NCBI GenBank assembly: GCA_963738405.1
Contig: CAVTWJ010000016.1
Coordinates: 1-64,000 of the forward strand
DNA from: a candidate division FCPU426 bacterium
Lineage (GTDB): Bacteria; Oederibacteriota; Muellerivitia; Muellerivitales; Muellerivitaceae
DNA: 64,000 nt
Reading direction: 5' to 3'
Shown here piece by piece: positions 40,361 to 48,486 of this stretch (positions are counted from its first letter, which is position 1; the number at the start of each line of letters is the position of its first letter). The position numbers and the translations under genes were made by a program. A model generated the notes under the pieces. It was given only the letters and a program-made list of their open reading frames with translations. It was not told the origin of the DNA and ran no database searches.

Positions 40361-40367
40361 ATAACTC

Positions 40368-40934
40368 CTAGGGCGAGTGGCGCATCAGCAAATACATGCA
40401 AACCGCGAAAACAAAAAGAAAAAAAGCCAGCCTCATATATCCACCTTTCACCCCTCCATTTTCCTTCAGCACTTTTTCGGTCAAAAAATATTTTAGTTCG
40501 TCATCCAAAAGTTCCGTAGGGATGACATAGGCCTTTTCCGATCCGTAGATCAGCCTCCAAAGTTTCGTGTCTTTTTGAATTCTCTTGATCACGTTCCACG
40601 GGTTTTGTTCTGAACCCAGTTCAGAATTAACATAAAACCATTCATCGGTGAACCGGTACTTGATCAGGGGCTCCTTCATTTTTTGAATCATGACCATGTT
40701 CTTGTGATAGAGGTTGTAAAAAATAAACCAGCACCAAAGAAGAATGAGGACGATGGGCATGATTTTTCCAAAATAATCGCGCGGAATAAGAGGGCCGCTA
40801 GTTATCAAGTGCAGCAGGATTGCAGCAGCCCCCAAAATAGGAAAAGCGAACCCAATAATGATGGATTTAATCCGATATAAAAATGCCAAACGAAAAAGCC
40901 CGGCATTGAGATGAACGCTTATTTCCCGGTCCAT
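40368..40934 (-). CDS. YcxB-family membrane protein
   Basis: Two TM helices then YRFTDEWFYVNSELGSEQNPWNVIKRI...AYVIP. Confidence 0.7.
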   Translation of the reverse strand: MDREISVHLNAGLFRLAFLYRIKSIIIGFAFPILGAAAILLHLITSGPLIPRDYFGKIMPIVLILLWCWFIFYNLYHKNMVMIQKMKEPLIKYRFTDEWFYVNSELGSEQNPWNVIKRIQKDTKLWRLIYGSEKAYVIPTELLDDELKYFLTEKVLKENGGVKGGYMRLAFFLFVFAVCMYLLMRHSP

Positions 40935-41030
40935 ATCGCCCCTCTTAAAACCGAAATTCACGCCATTGCTTATTCAGTTTACCCAAGCGAATCGGAAAGG
41001 CAAAGCACGCAGAAAGGGCAAGAGTAATGG

Positions 41031-41183
41031 TTATTTATTAGTTTTATGAGGATACAAAGGGGGCTCGTTCTGGATGATCTCCCCAGTTAATCGGTAGAGG
41101 TCGTCACCTGCTTCGAGACCACAAGTCGAGGAGCACGTCTTGGTTGCACCAATGTCCGAGAAAGACATTGGTGTATTGGTCAT
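41031..41183 (-). pseudogene. Truncated Rhs leader fragment (50 aa)
   Basis: MTNTPMSFSDIGATKTCSSTCGLEAGDDLYRLTGEIIQN matches the start of 42232-43737, then diverges and stops. Confidence 0.8.
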
Positions 41184-41455
41184 TTAATCGGAATGGATTT
41201 TGAGAGGGTGTTTAACTGGGTATTCAGGTCGGCCACCTGGGCATCGGTGAGGGTTTTGGAGTTGTTCGCTTTGAGGTCGGCTGATTCCTGTTTGCGGATC
41301 GCGTCCACCTGGGTTTTGAGGGTCTTGGCCTGGGCTTTGGTCAGTTTCCCAGCCTTAACTTCCCTCTGAATTTGGATGTTCTGCTGGCGAAGGCGAACCG
41401 TCAGGCGGTTCATGGGAGTATTGGGGAGGACTTTGGGTGCGGTGGGGGTGGGCAT
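41065..41455. repeat. 391-bp direct repeat, copy B
   Basis: Ungapped match to 43619-44009 (offset 2554 at both ends). Confidence 0.92.
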
Positions 41456-41518
41456 GGTTGTGGCAAAGGCCACACTTTGAGTCAGGACCAATGCAAAAAC
41501 GAATGATGAGTATTTCAT
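41180..41518 (-). CDS. Small secreted helical protein, copy B
   Basis: Signal peptide + MPTPTAPKVLP...QREVKAGKLTKAQAKTL; near-identical mature part to 43734-44072. Confidence 0.85.
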   Translation of the reverse strand: MKYSSFVFALVLTQSVAFATTMPTPTAPKVLPNTPMNRLTVRLRQQNIQIQREVKAGKLTKAQAKTLKTQVDAIRKQESADLKANNSKTLTDAQVADLNTQLNTLSKSIPIK

Positions 41519-41677
41519 AATTCCTTCTTTATCTCAAAATTTAGTATTAGCACAGTTCTCTATTACTTACTCAATTTCTTCAACCGGGAGGCTTAATGAC
41601 CTCGACGGAATTTTTGCACCATAAGGCGAAGCCATACTTAAAAAAACAAAAAACAACATTTCAGCTTTAGTAGATTT

Positions 41678-42220
41678 CTATCTTTCATGGCCATCCGTTT
41701 TAAACGCCTTTTCCATTGATGAGGCAAATTTATTGAGATTTTCGTTTTTGTTTGCAGAACACTTTTTGATTATTCCCATCATTTTTTTAAGTTCACTATC
41801 GTCGATTTCTTGAACTATTTTGTAATTGTCAATTATCAACAAGACCTGATAATTGGCCTCTGATTGCATTTTTTCAGTGCTTAAAAACAATGATTTAATT
41901 TTTAAAGACATCCCCTTTAAAAGAGAGTCACTGACAATGAATTGATTCGGATTCATCGACGTATCTTTTATCAAATAATTCAATTCACTAACGCTTAGTT
42001 CTTTTTCTGTAATCGTAATTAAAGGTTGCATCAAATCAGAACTGCCAATGAAATAAATAAATATTCCATTTGTGCAATTGGAATATTTATCAATACCGAC
42101 ACCCCCCAAAGGGCCGCTCGCAATCGAACTGTGTGTTTTTACAAGGTTATTATCTGCAAACAACTTTATAGAAAATATCCCCATCAAAAAAAGTAATAAA
42201 ACAAAAATTATATTTTTCAC
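41678..42220 (-). CDS. Putative immunity protein (signal peptide)
   Basis: AT-rich, directly after the Rhs-CT, GAGGG RBS, similar to 44120-44770. Confidence 0.7.
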   Translation of the reverse strand: MKNIIFVLLLFLMGIFSIKLFADNNLVKTHSSIASGPLGGVGIDKYSNCTNGIFIYFIGSSDLMQPLITITEKELSVSELNYLIKDTSMNPNQFIVSDSLLKGMSLKIKSLFLSTEKMQSEANYQVLLIIDNYKIVQEIDDSELKKMMGIIKKCSANKNENLNKFASSMEKAFKTDGHER

Positions 42221-42231
42221 TCTTCCCTCGT

Positions 42232-43737
42232 TTAGTAGAGGTAATTAAATACAACGGGATCAGCAGTTACGTTATATATTGATCCTTCTTTAGTAACTTT
42301 CCAACCCCAATCAATTTCTCCAAGGTAACTATTAAAGCTAGTCGTATTCCAATTATCTAACCCAACAAGATAAGCTTGAGCTTCCCAGTGACAACTTCCT
42401 CCATTATTATCAATATCCTTTCTCGGTCTCTGTGATTGGTCAGTAAAACGGGCATTCCCCTTATCTGTTTGTTGTAATGCTTTCTCTATAGTGGTTGGAT
42501 AAAGCAAAGGCCATGGCGAACCTTGTGGAAATCCATTTGCAATTGCTTGCGGACTATTCGGAATAAATCCATCAAAGTACCAATCATCTTTCGGTTGCCT
42601 GGATGTTAAGGGTATATCTGTTTTTACCCTTTGCACCCATCTATAAACATTAAATTTCGGTATTCTATTTACAGTTAAGGCATGCGCATTAAGTAAAAAA
42701 CCACAACTATGGCCATCGTTGTCTACTTCGCTTATTGGTAAAAATTCGAACCTAATTGTTCCTGCCAAATCATGAGCCAAAGCCGACCAAAATACATGTG
42801 GCTCACTGCTAATTCCGCCATCATCATTCCCACTTGGGTCAAACCTGTTCTCGGGATTATTAGAAGCAAATTCGTATTTGTGGAGTGTTAGCGGGTCTTC
42901 CGTTTCCCCCTCATAACTATCCATCGTCTCAAATCTTCCGATGCCTGGATTCATCCATCTCGCTCTCAGATTGTAAAAACCTGTATTCGGATCGAGCTGT
43001 TCCCCATCGAATTGACAAACATTCTGGGTTGATCCAGTCGAAGAAATAGAATTCCCAAACGCATCCAGGGTGTAGGTATCTCCCGTAACTTGGCCGGCTG
43101 AATTCATCAGGTAACGAACTGATCCCTGTCCGTCATATCCGTAGTAAGAAAGGGTGAAGGTGCCAGGGACAAAGGAGCCGTTAGAAATTGCCTCTTGGTC
43201 TTCCGCTATTCGGCTTATCCCATAGGTGTAAGTCCTTCCCACTGCCCCGCCTTGGAGTTCATCCATCACTTGGGCGTAGCCGGTAAGGTTGGTGGAGCTG
43301 ATTAAGTAGTTGGTGGTCACGCTATTGACCGTCTGGGAAACCTTGTTACCATCCCCGTCATAGATGAAAGATTCATTCAAGCCTGAGCCCGTCACGGTTA
43401 AAAGGCGGTCTAGGGAATCATAGGTATAGGTCTTGGCCGTGGGGTCGGTGAGGGTGTTTCCATCGCTGTCGTAGGTGTAACCCGCCGTCAGGCGGTCGTT
43501 TAGGTCATATTGGCCCGTGAAGGTCTGGCCGGGAATCTGTGACAGGTCGGAGGTCCTTTGGTTGCGGTTGCCTACGGGATCGTAGGTATAGCCAATAGCC
43601 CCATTTATGCTCACCGGGTCGTTTTGGATGATCTCCCCAGTTAACCGGTAGAGGTCGTCACCTGCTTCGAGACCACAAGTCGAGGAGCACGTCTTGGTTG
43701 CACCAATGCCTGAAATGGGCATTGGTGCGTAGATCAT
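42232..43737 (-). CDS. Short Rhs/YD-repeat protein with C-terminal toxin-like domain
   Basis: YTYD repeats, core FDGEQLD...YNLRARWMNPGIGRF...DPSG, AT-rich CT. Confidence 0.92.
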   Translation of the reverse strand: MIYAPMPISGIGATKTCSSTCGLEAGDDLYRLTGEIIQNDPVSINGAIGYTYDPVGNRNQRTSDLSQIPGQTFTGQYDLNDRLTAGYTYDSDGNTLTDPTAKTYTYDSLDRLLTVTGSGLNESFIYDGDGNKVSQTVNSVTTNYLISSTNLTGYAQVMDELQGGAVGRTYTYGISRIAEDQEAISNGSFVPGTFTLSYYGYDGQGSVRYLMNSAGQVTGDTYTLDAFGNSISSTGSTQNVCQFDGEQLDPNTGFYNLRARWMNPGIGRFETMDSYEGETEDPLTLHKYEFASNNPENRFDPSGNDDGGISSEPHVFWSALAHDLAGTIRFEFLPISEVDNDGHSCGFLLNAHALTVNRIPKFNVYRWVQRVKTDIPLTSRQPKDDWYFDGFIPNSPQAIANGFPQGSPWPLLYPTTIEKALQQTDKGNARFTDQSQRPRKDIDNNGGSCHWEAQAYLVGLDNWNTTSFNSYLGEIDWGWKVTKEGSIYNVTADPVVFNYLY

Positions 43738-44009
43738 CTAATCGGTATCGACTTGGAGAGGGTGTTTAACTGCGCATTCAGGTCGGCTACCTGGGCGTCG
43801 GTGAGGGTTTTGGTTCCGTTGGCTTTGAGGTCGGCTGATTCCTGCTTGCGGATCGCGTCCACCTGGGTTTTGAGGGTTTTGGCTTGGGCCTTGGTCAGTT
43901 TGCCCGCCTTCACTTCCCTCTGGATTTGAATGTTCTGCTGACGAAGCCGGATCGTCAGGCGGTTCATAGGGGTATGCGGAAGAACTTTGGGGGCGGTGGG
44001 CGTTGGCAT
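43619..44009. repeat. 391-bp direct repeat, copy A
   Basis: Ungapped match to 41065-41455. Confidence 0.92.
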
Positions 44010-44072
44010 TCCCGCGCTAAAAACGGTTGTTTGAACCACAATAAAAAAAAGAATAAAAATTAATAATTTCAT
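43734..44072 (-). CDS. Small secreted helical protein, copy A
   Basis: Signal peptide; stop overlaps the Rhs start (ATGA). Confidence 0.85.
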   Translation of the reverse strand: MKLLIFILFFIVVQTTVFSAGMPTPTAPKVLPHTPMNRLTIRLRQQNIQIQREVKAGKLTKAQAKTLKTQVDAIRKQESADLKANGTKTLTDAQVADLNAQLNTLSKSIPIR

Positions 44073-44119
44073 CTTTGGTAGTCCCTTTAAACCTCTTTAA
44101 TCGAAATAGCCAACACACC

Positions 44120-44770
44120 TTACATTCCAAAACGGCTTTCAAGATCAGAAATATGGTCATAAAGGTCTTTGTATTTTTCTTTAGAAATATTTTTTATACG
44201 GTCAAAAATCAATTTTGATTTTTTTAAACTCAAAACATTCATTTTATTGCATTCATCTGCATTCCCGCTTTCGACAACCACAACATTAAATTTTCCGGAT
44301 GGCAGATCCATGTTACTTGTTCGATTATTTTTTACGGGATATTTGAGTTCAATAGTACTGGTTACCGGTTTATTTACACTGCCGACATCAAAAACCGAAA
44401 CGCCAAAGCTTTTCCCAATCTCAACTTCCGATTCTTTAGAAAAATAACCTTTGAATTCGTTCAATATTTTTAAAAAATCAACCTTGGTAACTACATATTG
44501 ATTAATCAAGTCATAAAAATTCAAATTATTTAGTTCGGTATTCAAGATTTTGAAACCATTCGTATTACCAAAAAAAAGTTTTATTTCTTTGGAATCCATC
44601 TTTTTCATACTAATGATCATTGGAAATGTCGGGTGTGTTTCCGAGCCATAATATTCAACCCATATCGCATTAAACTTTTCATCGTTTTTATTTTGGGTTA
44701 TCCCAGCAAAAAGTGATTTGAAAAGGAATAAACAGCAAAAAATTAATAAGAATATATTTATGGCCTTCAT
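44120..44770 (-). CDS. Putative immunity protein (signal peptide)
   Basis: AT-rich, TAATG-coupled to the upstream Rhs-CT. Confidence 0.7.
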   Translation of the reverse strand: MKAINIFLLIFCCLFLFKSLFAGITQNKNDEKFNAIWVEYYGSETHPTFPMIISMKKMDSKEIKLFFGNTNGFKILNTELNNLNFYDLINQYVVTKVDFLKILNEFKGYFSKESEVEIGKSFGVSVFDVGSVNKPVTSTIELKYPVKNNRTSNMDLPSGKFNVVVVESGNADECNKMNVLSLKKSKLIFDRIKNISKEKYKDLYDHISDLESRFGM

Positions 44771-45652
44771 TAATAACCCCCTTGGTAATCAATCGTTATT
44801 GGCTCTGGTCTTAAATTCAGCGTGCGTCCATTTATAACATCAAAAGCAAAACCATAACGAAATGAAACCATTGGTTGAAAGTTAAGGTCGTTCAGAGAAT
44901 CGGTAGCTACAAATGAAAGGTCCGCTTCAAATGTTGTGTGTTTCGTAGTTAATACAGCACGCGGCATATCGAAAAAGACTTCATCGTAAGATGGAAAAAG
45001 TTTTTGCGCATTGTTTGCCTCAGTGGCGTTTTGATAGTAATACGGTATTGAACTTTTTGGCGGTACATCCAAATGCCAACCAGAAGGTTCTCCAGGTATT
45101 GAATAACTCGCATTTACATATTGAACCCAGTTATAAATCGGATTTTTAAATGTGACGTTTGGGTTTGATCGATTTTTTGTAAGCGCACCTAAAATAATTT
45201 GAAGCCCCGCTGTTTGTTCATGATGCAACTCAGAATCATTTGATATGTAAATGCCTTTATATACCAATTGATCAACTCGGATTGCCGAAAACTGAAGTGA
45301 ATTAGGCCATAAAACTTTTGGTTCAGACGCAGTCAATGACATCATGTCATCATTCCCAGTTGGATCGATACGATCAACTGGATCATTAGAATCATAAACG
45401 TATTTGTGCAAGCTCAATGGGTTTTCTTGGGCACCTTCATTTGTGTCCATGCTCATGAACCGCCCCAGGCCTGGGTTCATCCACCGCGCCCTTAGATAAA
45501 TTAGGCCTGTGTCGCTGTCGGCGTATTCACCGAATGCGCCCACGTTGTTGGCAGTTCCCGCGCCTGAACTGGAAATCAAATTCCCAAAGGCGTCCCAGGT
45601 ATAGGCATCGGTAATTTGCCCGCCATCATTCATCAAGAAGCGGACATTCTGT
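44770..45652 (-). CDS. Orphan Rhs core + CT (5'-truncated)
   Basis: QNVRFLMNDGGQITDAYTWDAFGN...YLRARWMNPGLGRF...DPTG; homology stops ~45652 with an in-frame TGA just upstream. Confidence 0.85.
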
Positions 45653-45784
45653 AAGAGAATTAGGGGTCAGGCCTACATTTTCCATTCACTCAACTTGATG
45701 GTTCGTGGTAAGTATATTATTGGGTAGGTATGCAAATGCTCGTACAGGCATTTGCATCACCAAAACTCACCCAATAACTTGTTG

Positions 45785-47800
45785 TTATTGGACATGTATC
45801 TTTTCCACCTTAGAAACCCGCGGCGGCGGGCCGGGGTACACCCCAAAGATAATCGCCACCGGCTGGGTGGCAACCACCTCTCCGGGGTAATGCAGATCGC
45901 TTTGAACCGTCAAAGCGCCCTCCACCCGGAAATCATCCTCGAAATAGTCCGCCTTGACGCATTCGGCTGGTTTTGTTGCCTTGAAAAAGACGTTGAGCTT
46001 CTCGTCCTGAACCTTTTGCAGATAGGACGGGGGAAAAAAGTCGTAAAAGAACTTCTCAGAATAGTTTTCCCATACCTCGTTTTTGAGGTATCCCAGCCAG
46101 ACGGGAGTGTCCCGGTAGGTCGCCCCGAAGAAATAACCGGCAAAATCCTGAACGAACATCTTTTCGGATGGAATCCGGCTTTGGTATTGAACAGGGATCG
46201 AAAGGGTTGGAGCCGCTTGGGCCGGAACCACAGGTGGAGGCCCTTGATTTGGCGCCGCCGCGCTTTTTCTGATCTTTTGATGTTGCCGTGGTTGTGCCGG
46301 CGCAACCGCGGCGAGTATAGATGACGCGGCTGGTGTCAATATCGCCTTTGGCGACGGCGGAGAGCCAGACGTTTTGGCTTGCTCCCAGCCAGTGGCAGAG
46401 TCATAAACCCTTTCGGCTTCCCCTTCCACCCATCCCACCACCCGGCCTGGGTGGCGCCAAGCCCAAAGGATTGCCCAAAGGACCAGGGCGGTGAAACCCA
46501 GCTGGATCAGCCCGTTGACCCATTTCCCCTCGGCACAAAGGCGGATGCCCTTTTCCAGCATTCGATAGGGCCATTTCACTAACCATTCAATTGCCCCAAT
46601 CAGCTTGTGCCACACCCATGCCAAAGACTTCCACCATAGGGATTTGGATGCCTTAGCTTTTGAGGCTGTTTTGCCCTTACCGCCTCCTTTGGACCCAGAC
46701 TTTGGCTTGCCCTGAGTTTTAGCCGTGCCCAAGGCTGAGGAGGCTTTGGTAAGGTGACCGGCCACTGCCGTTAGGAACTTGTGCAACCCGCCCTGAGCGG
46801 GAATGGTGGTATGGGTCTTTTGTTTCTCATATTCCTCGGGCGGGGTACCCGCCAAGACCGCCTGTACCAGGGCCTTCACCTTGGCTTCGGTCATCTTGTG
46901 ATCTATGGCCACCTTTAGCGCCCGTAGAACCAGGTCTTGTGTTTCGGGGGGAATGGGCGGGTAGGGCCATAGTTTCTGGGGTGCCAGCTGGGCCGAGGCC
47001 TCAAGCCGAGGCCCGTGACTTGCTTGTCCCGGCTCAATGGGGGTATCAGGAGCCGGGATCACCATTTTCTTCTTCACCCCCGGCTTTAGACCCGTTCCGG
47101 GGCCCAAACCCGCCAATTGAAAGGCCGCTCGGTCCGAAAATTCCCACTTTTTGCGATTCGAATTGCTAGCGTTGCTAGCAATTGACGGCTTTAGGGTGGA
47201 TGAATTGCTAGCAACGCTAGCAATTAAAGCCCTTGATTCAGGATTTAGGAGCGGTAACAAGCGTATGGCTCGATTTACTTTTACTTCATCTATCTTCCAT
47301 TTGTCCGCAATCTGCCTCTGGGTAATGTCCGGGTTGGATTTAATCTTTAGTTCTATGTAAAGGTAATCCGCCCACCAGCCCCTTTTTCTGACTTTATTGT
47401 CCCAATAGAGAAGATCGGCGGCTTCTTCGGGGGTCGGGTTGTGGATGAACCCGTCAATGGTCTCCCATTGAAGCAGTTCGGCGGCCCTGTCCCGCAGTTC
47501 CCCGCCGTAGATCAGGTAATTGAAATCCCCCAGCTCCCAAGGCTTGCCATCCGCCCTTAGCCGGGGGTCATCGGGATGAAGTTGGGCTCCCCCCGCCAGG
47601 GGGTTAGCCTTATCAGGCCCCACCTGGATGGGATTCTGGAGCCCCCTTTGGGCCATATCATCCGCCTGATCCTTAATTTCTTGTTCGGTGGGCTTACCGG
47701 GGTTGTCCGGGTTGCGGCGGAGATTCTTTCTGGGCAGGGGCTGTTTGCCTGGGAACATTTCCGGCAATAACGCCAAAACATCTTCGATGGTTACGGGCAT
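45785..47800 (-). CDS. ParB-family protein fused to TM segment and C-terminal periplasmic domain
   Basis: NPDNP, GLQNPIQV, IYGGELRDRA (ParB N-domain), HTH TQRQIADKWKIDEVKVNRAIRLL, TM LIQLGFTALVLWAILWAW; GGAGG RBS before ATG 47800. Confidence 0.8.
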   Translation of the reverse strand: MPVTIEDVLALLPEMFPGKQPLPRKNLRRNPDNPGKPTEQEIKDQADDMAQRGLQNPIQVGPDKANPLAGGAQLHPDDPRLRADGKPWELGDFNYLIYGGELRDRAAELLQWETIDGFIHNPTPEEAADLLYWDNKVRKRGWWADYLYIELKIKSNPDITQRQIADKWKIDEVKVNRAIRLLPLLNPESRALIASVASNSSTLKPSIASNASNSNRKKWEFSDRAAFQLAGLGPGTGLKPGVKKKMVIPAPDTPIEPGQASHGPRLEASAQLAPQKLWPYPPIPPETQDLVLRALKVAIDHKMTEAKVKALVQAVLAGTPPEEYEKQKTHTTIPAQGGLHKFLTAVAGHLTKASSALGTAKTQGKPKSGSKGGGKGKTASKAKASKSLWWKSLAWVWHKLIGAIEWLVKWPYRMLEKGIRLCAEGKWVNGLIQLGFTALVLWAILWAWRHPGRVVGWVEGEAERVYDSATGWEQAKTSGSPPSPKAILTPAASSILAAVAPAQPRQHQKIRKSAAAPNQGPPPVVPAQAAPTLSIPVQYQSRIPSEKMFVQDFAGYFFGATYRDTPVWLGYLKNEVWENYSEKFFYDFFPPSYLQKVQDEKLNVFFKATKPAECVKADYFEDDFRVEGALTVQSDLHYPGEVVATQPVAIIFGVYPGPPPRVSKVEKIHVQ
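47161..47225. repeat. Two 23-bp palindromes in inverted orientation inside the ParB-like gene
   Basis: AATTGCTAGC-GTT-GCTAGCAATT (47161-47183) and AATTGCTAGC-AAC-GCTAGCAATT (47203-47225). Confidence 0.92.
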
Positions 47801-48005
47801 ACATACCTCCGGCCTATAGGGTTGTACGGCTGATTTTGGATATTTAAATTGTGTAGAAATAATTTTCAAGAAAAAACGGGGGAAACACTTAAACAGTTTG
47901 GACAATTATTGTGCGGTTTTTTGAAACAACCGCGCTTTATCCTTAGATAAATTCAAATTTGCGAATAAAAAGGGCTGTCGCTTTGGGACAAAGACCCTCA
48001 GAAAT

Positions 48006-48035
48006 AAAAAAAGCCGCCGGGGTTTCCGGCGGCTT
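48006..48035 (-). terminator. Intrinsic terminator
   Basis: GCCGCCGG stem followed by T7 on the minus strand, after the 48053 gene. Confidence 0.85.
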
Positions 48036-48052
48036 ATGAATAAATAAAAGAA

Positions 48053-48364
48053 TTACTTGGCGGCGCAAATCTTCAACTGGTCCAAAGCCGCATTGATGGC
48101 GCCGATCGCGTCCATTTTATGGCCGTTGAAATCATTCTTGGCCTCCCAAAGGGTATGCTTGGCGTTGCGCAATTGCTGGGCGGCTTTCCAAATCATGGGG
48201 TGGTAATGCCTCGCCCCGGCCTTGAAATCGAAATGGGCGTTATCGTCGCTCCCAACATTAACCGATAAATCGACTCCATCGGCTTTCACAACCACGGGCA
48301 TCGCCAACAGTCCCAACAAGGCCATTCCCAAAACCCCAACTCTCAAATAATTCGAAACGTTCAT
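48053..48364 (-). CDS. Small secreted helical protein
   Basis: GGGAGG RBS, signal peptide, HP...DFNGHK..A helical hairpin. Confidence 0.75.
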   Translation of the reverse strand: MNVSNYLRVGVLGMALLGLLAMPVVVKADGVDLSVNVGSDDNAHFDFKAGARHYHPMIWKAAQQLRNAKHTLWEAKNDFNGHKMDAIGAINAALDQLKICAAK

Positions 48365-48486
48365 GCAACCCTCCCTCTCAAAGTTAATCCGATCCCGACT
48401 GCGGATTCGGAACGCCAATATTAAGACGTTACTGGGGGGCGGAGGGTTACATCCGGGAGAATTAAAATAGATTTTCCGTAAAGCGA

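Noticed and set aside
41065..44009. DGR template/variable repeat pair or CRISPR array
   Set aside because: Differences are mostly synonymous and not adenine-specific; no reverse transcriptase, short regular repeats or cas genes in the window
37143..45791. Integron cassette array
   Set aside because: No intI and no attC-like RYYYAAC...GTTRRRY sites between genes; several genes overlap or abut
47801..48050. parA or a replication origin upstream of the ParB-like gene
   Set aside because: No ORF, iterons or DnaA-box cluster seen; only an AT-rich promoter-like stretch and a terminator
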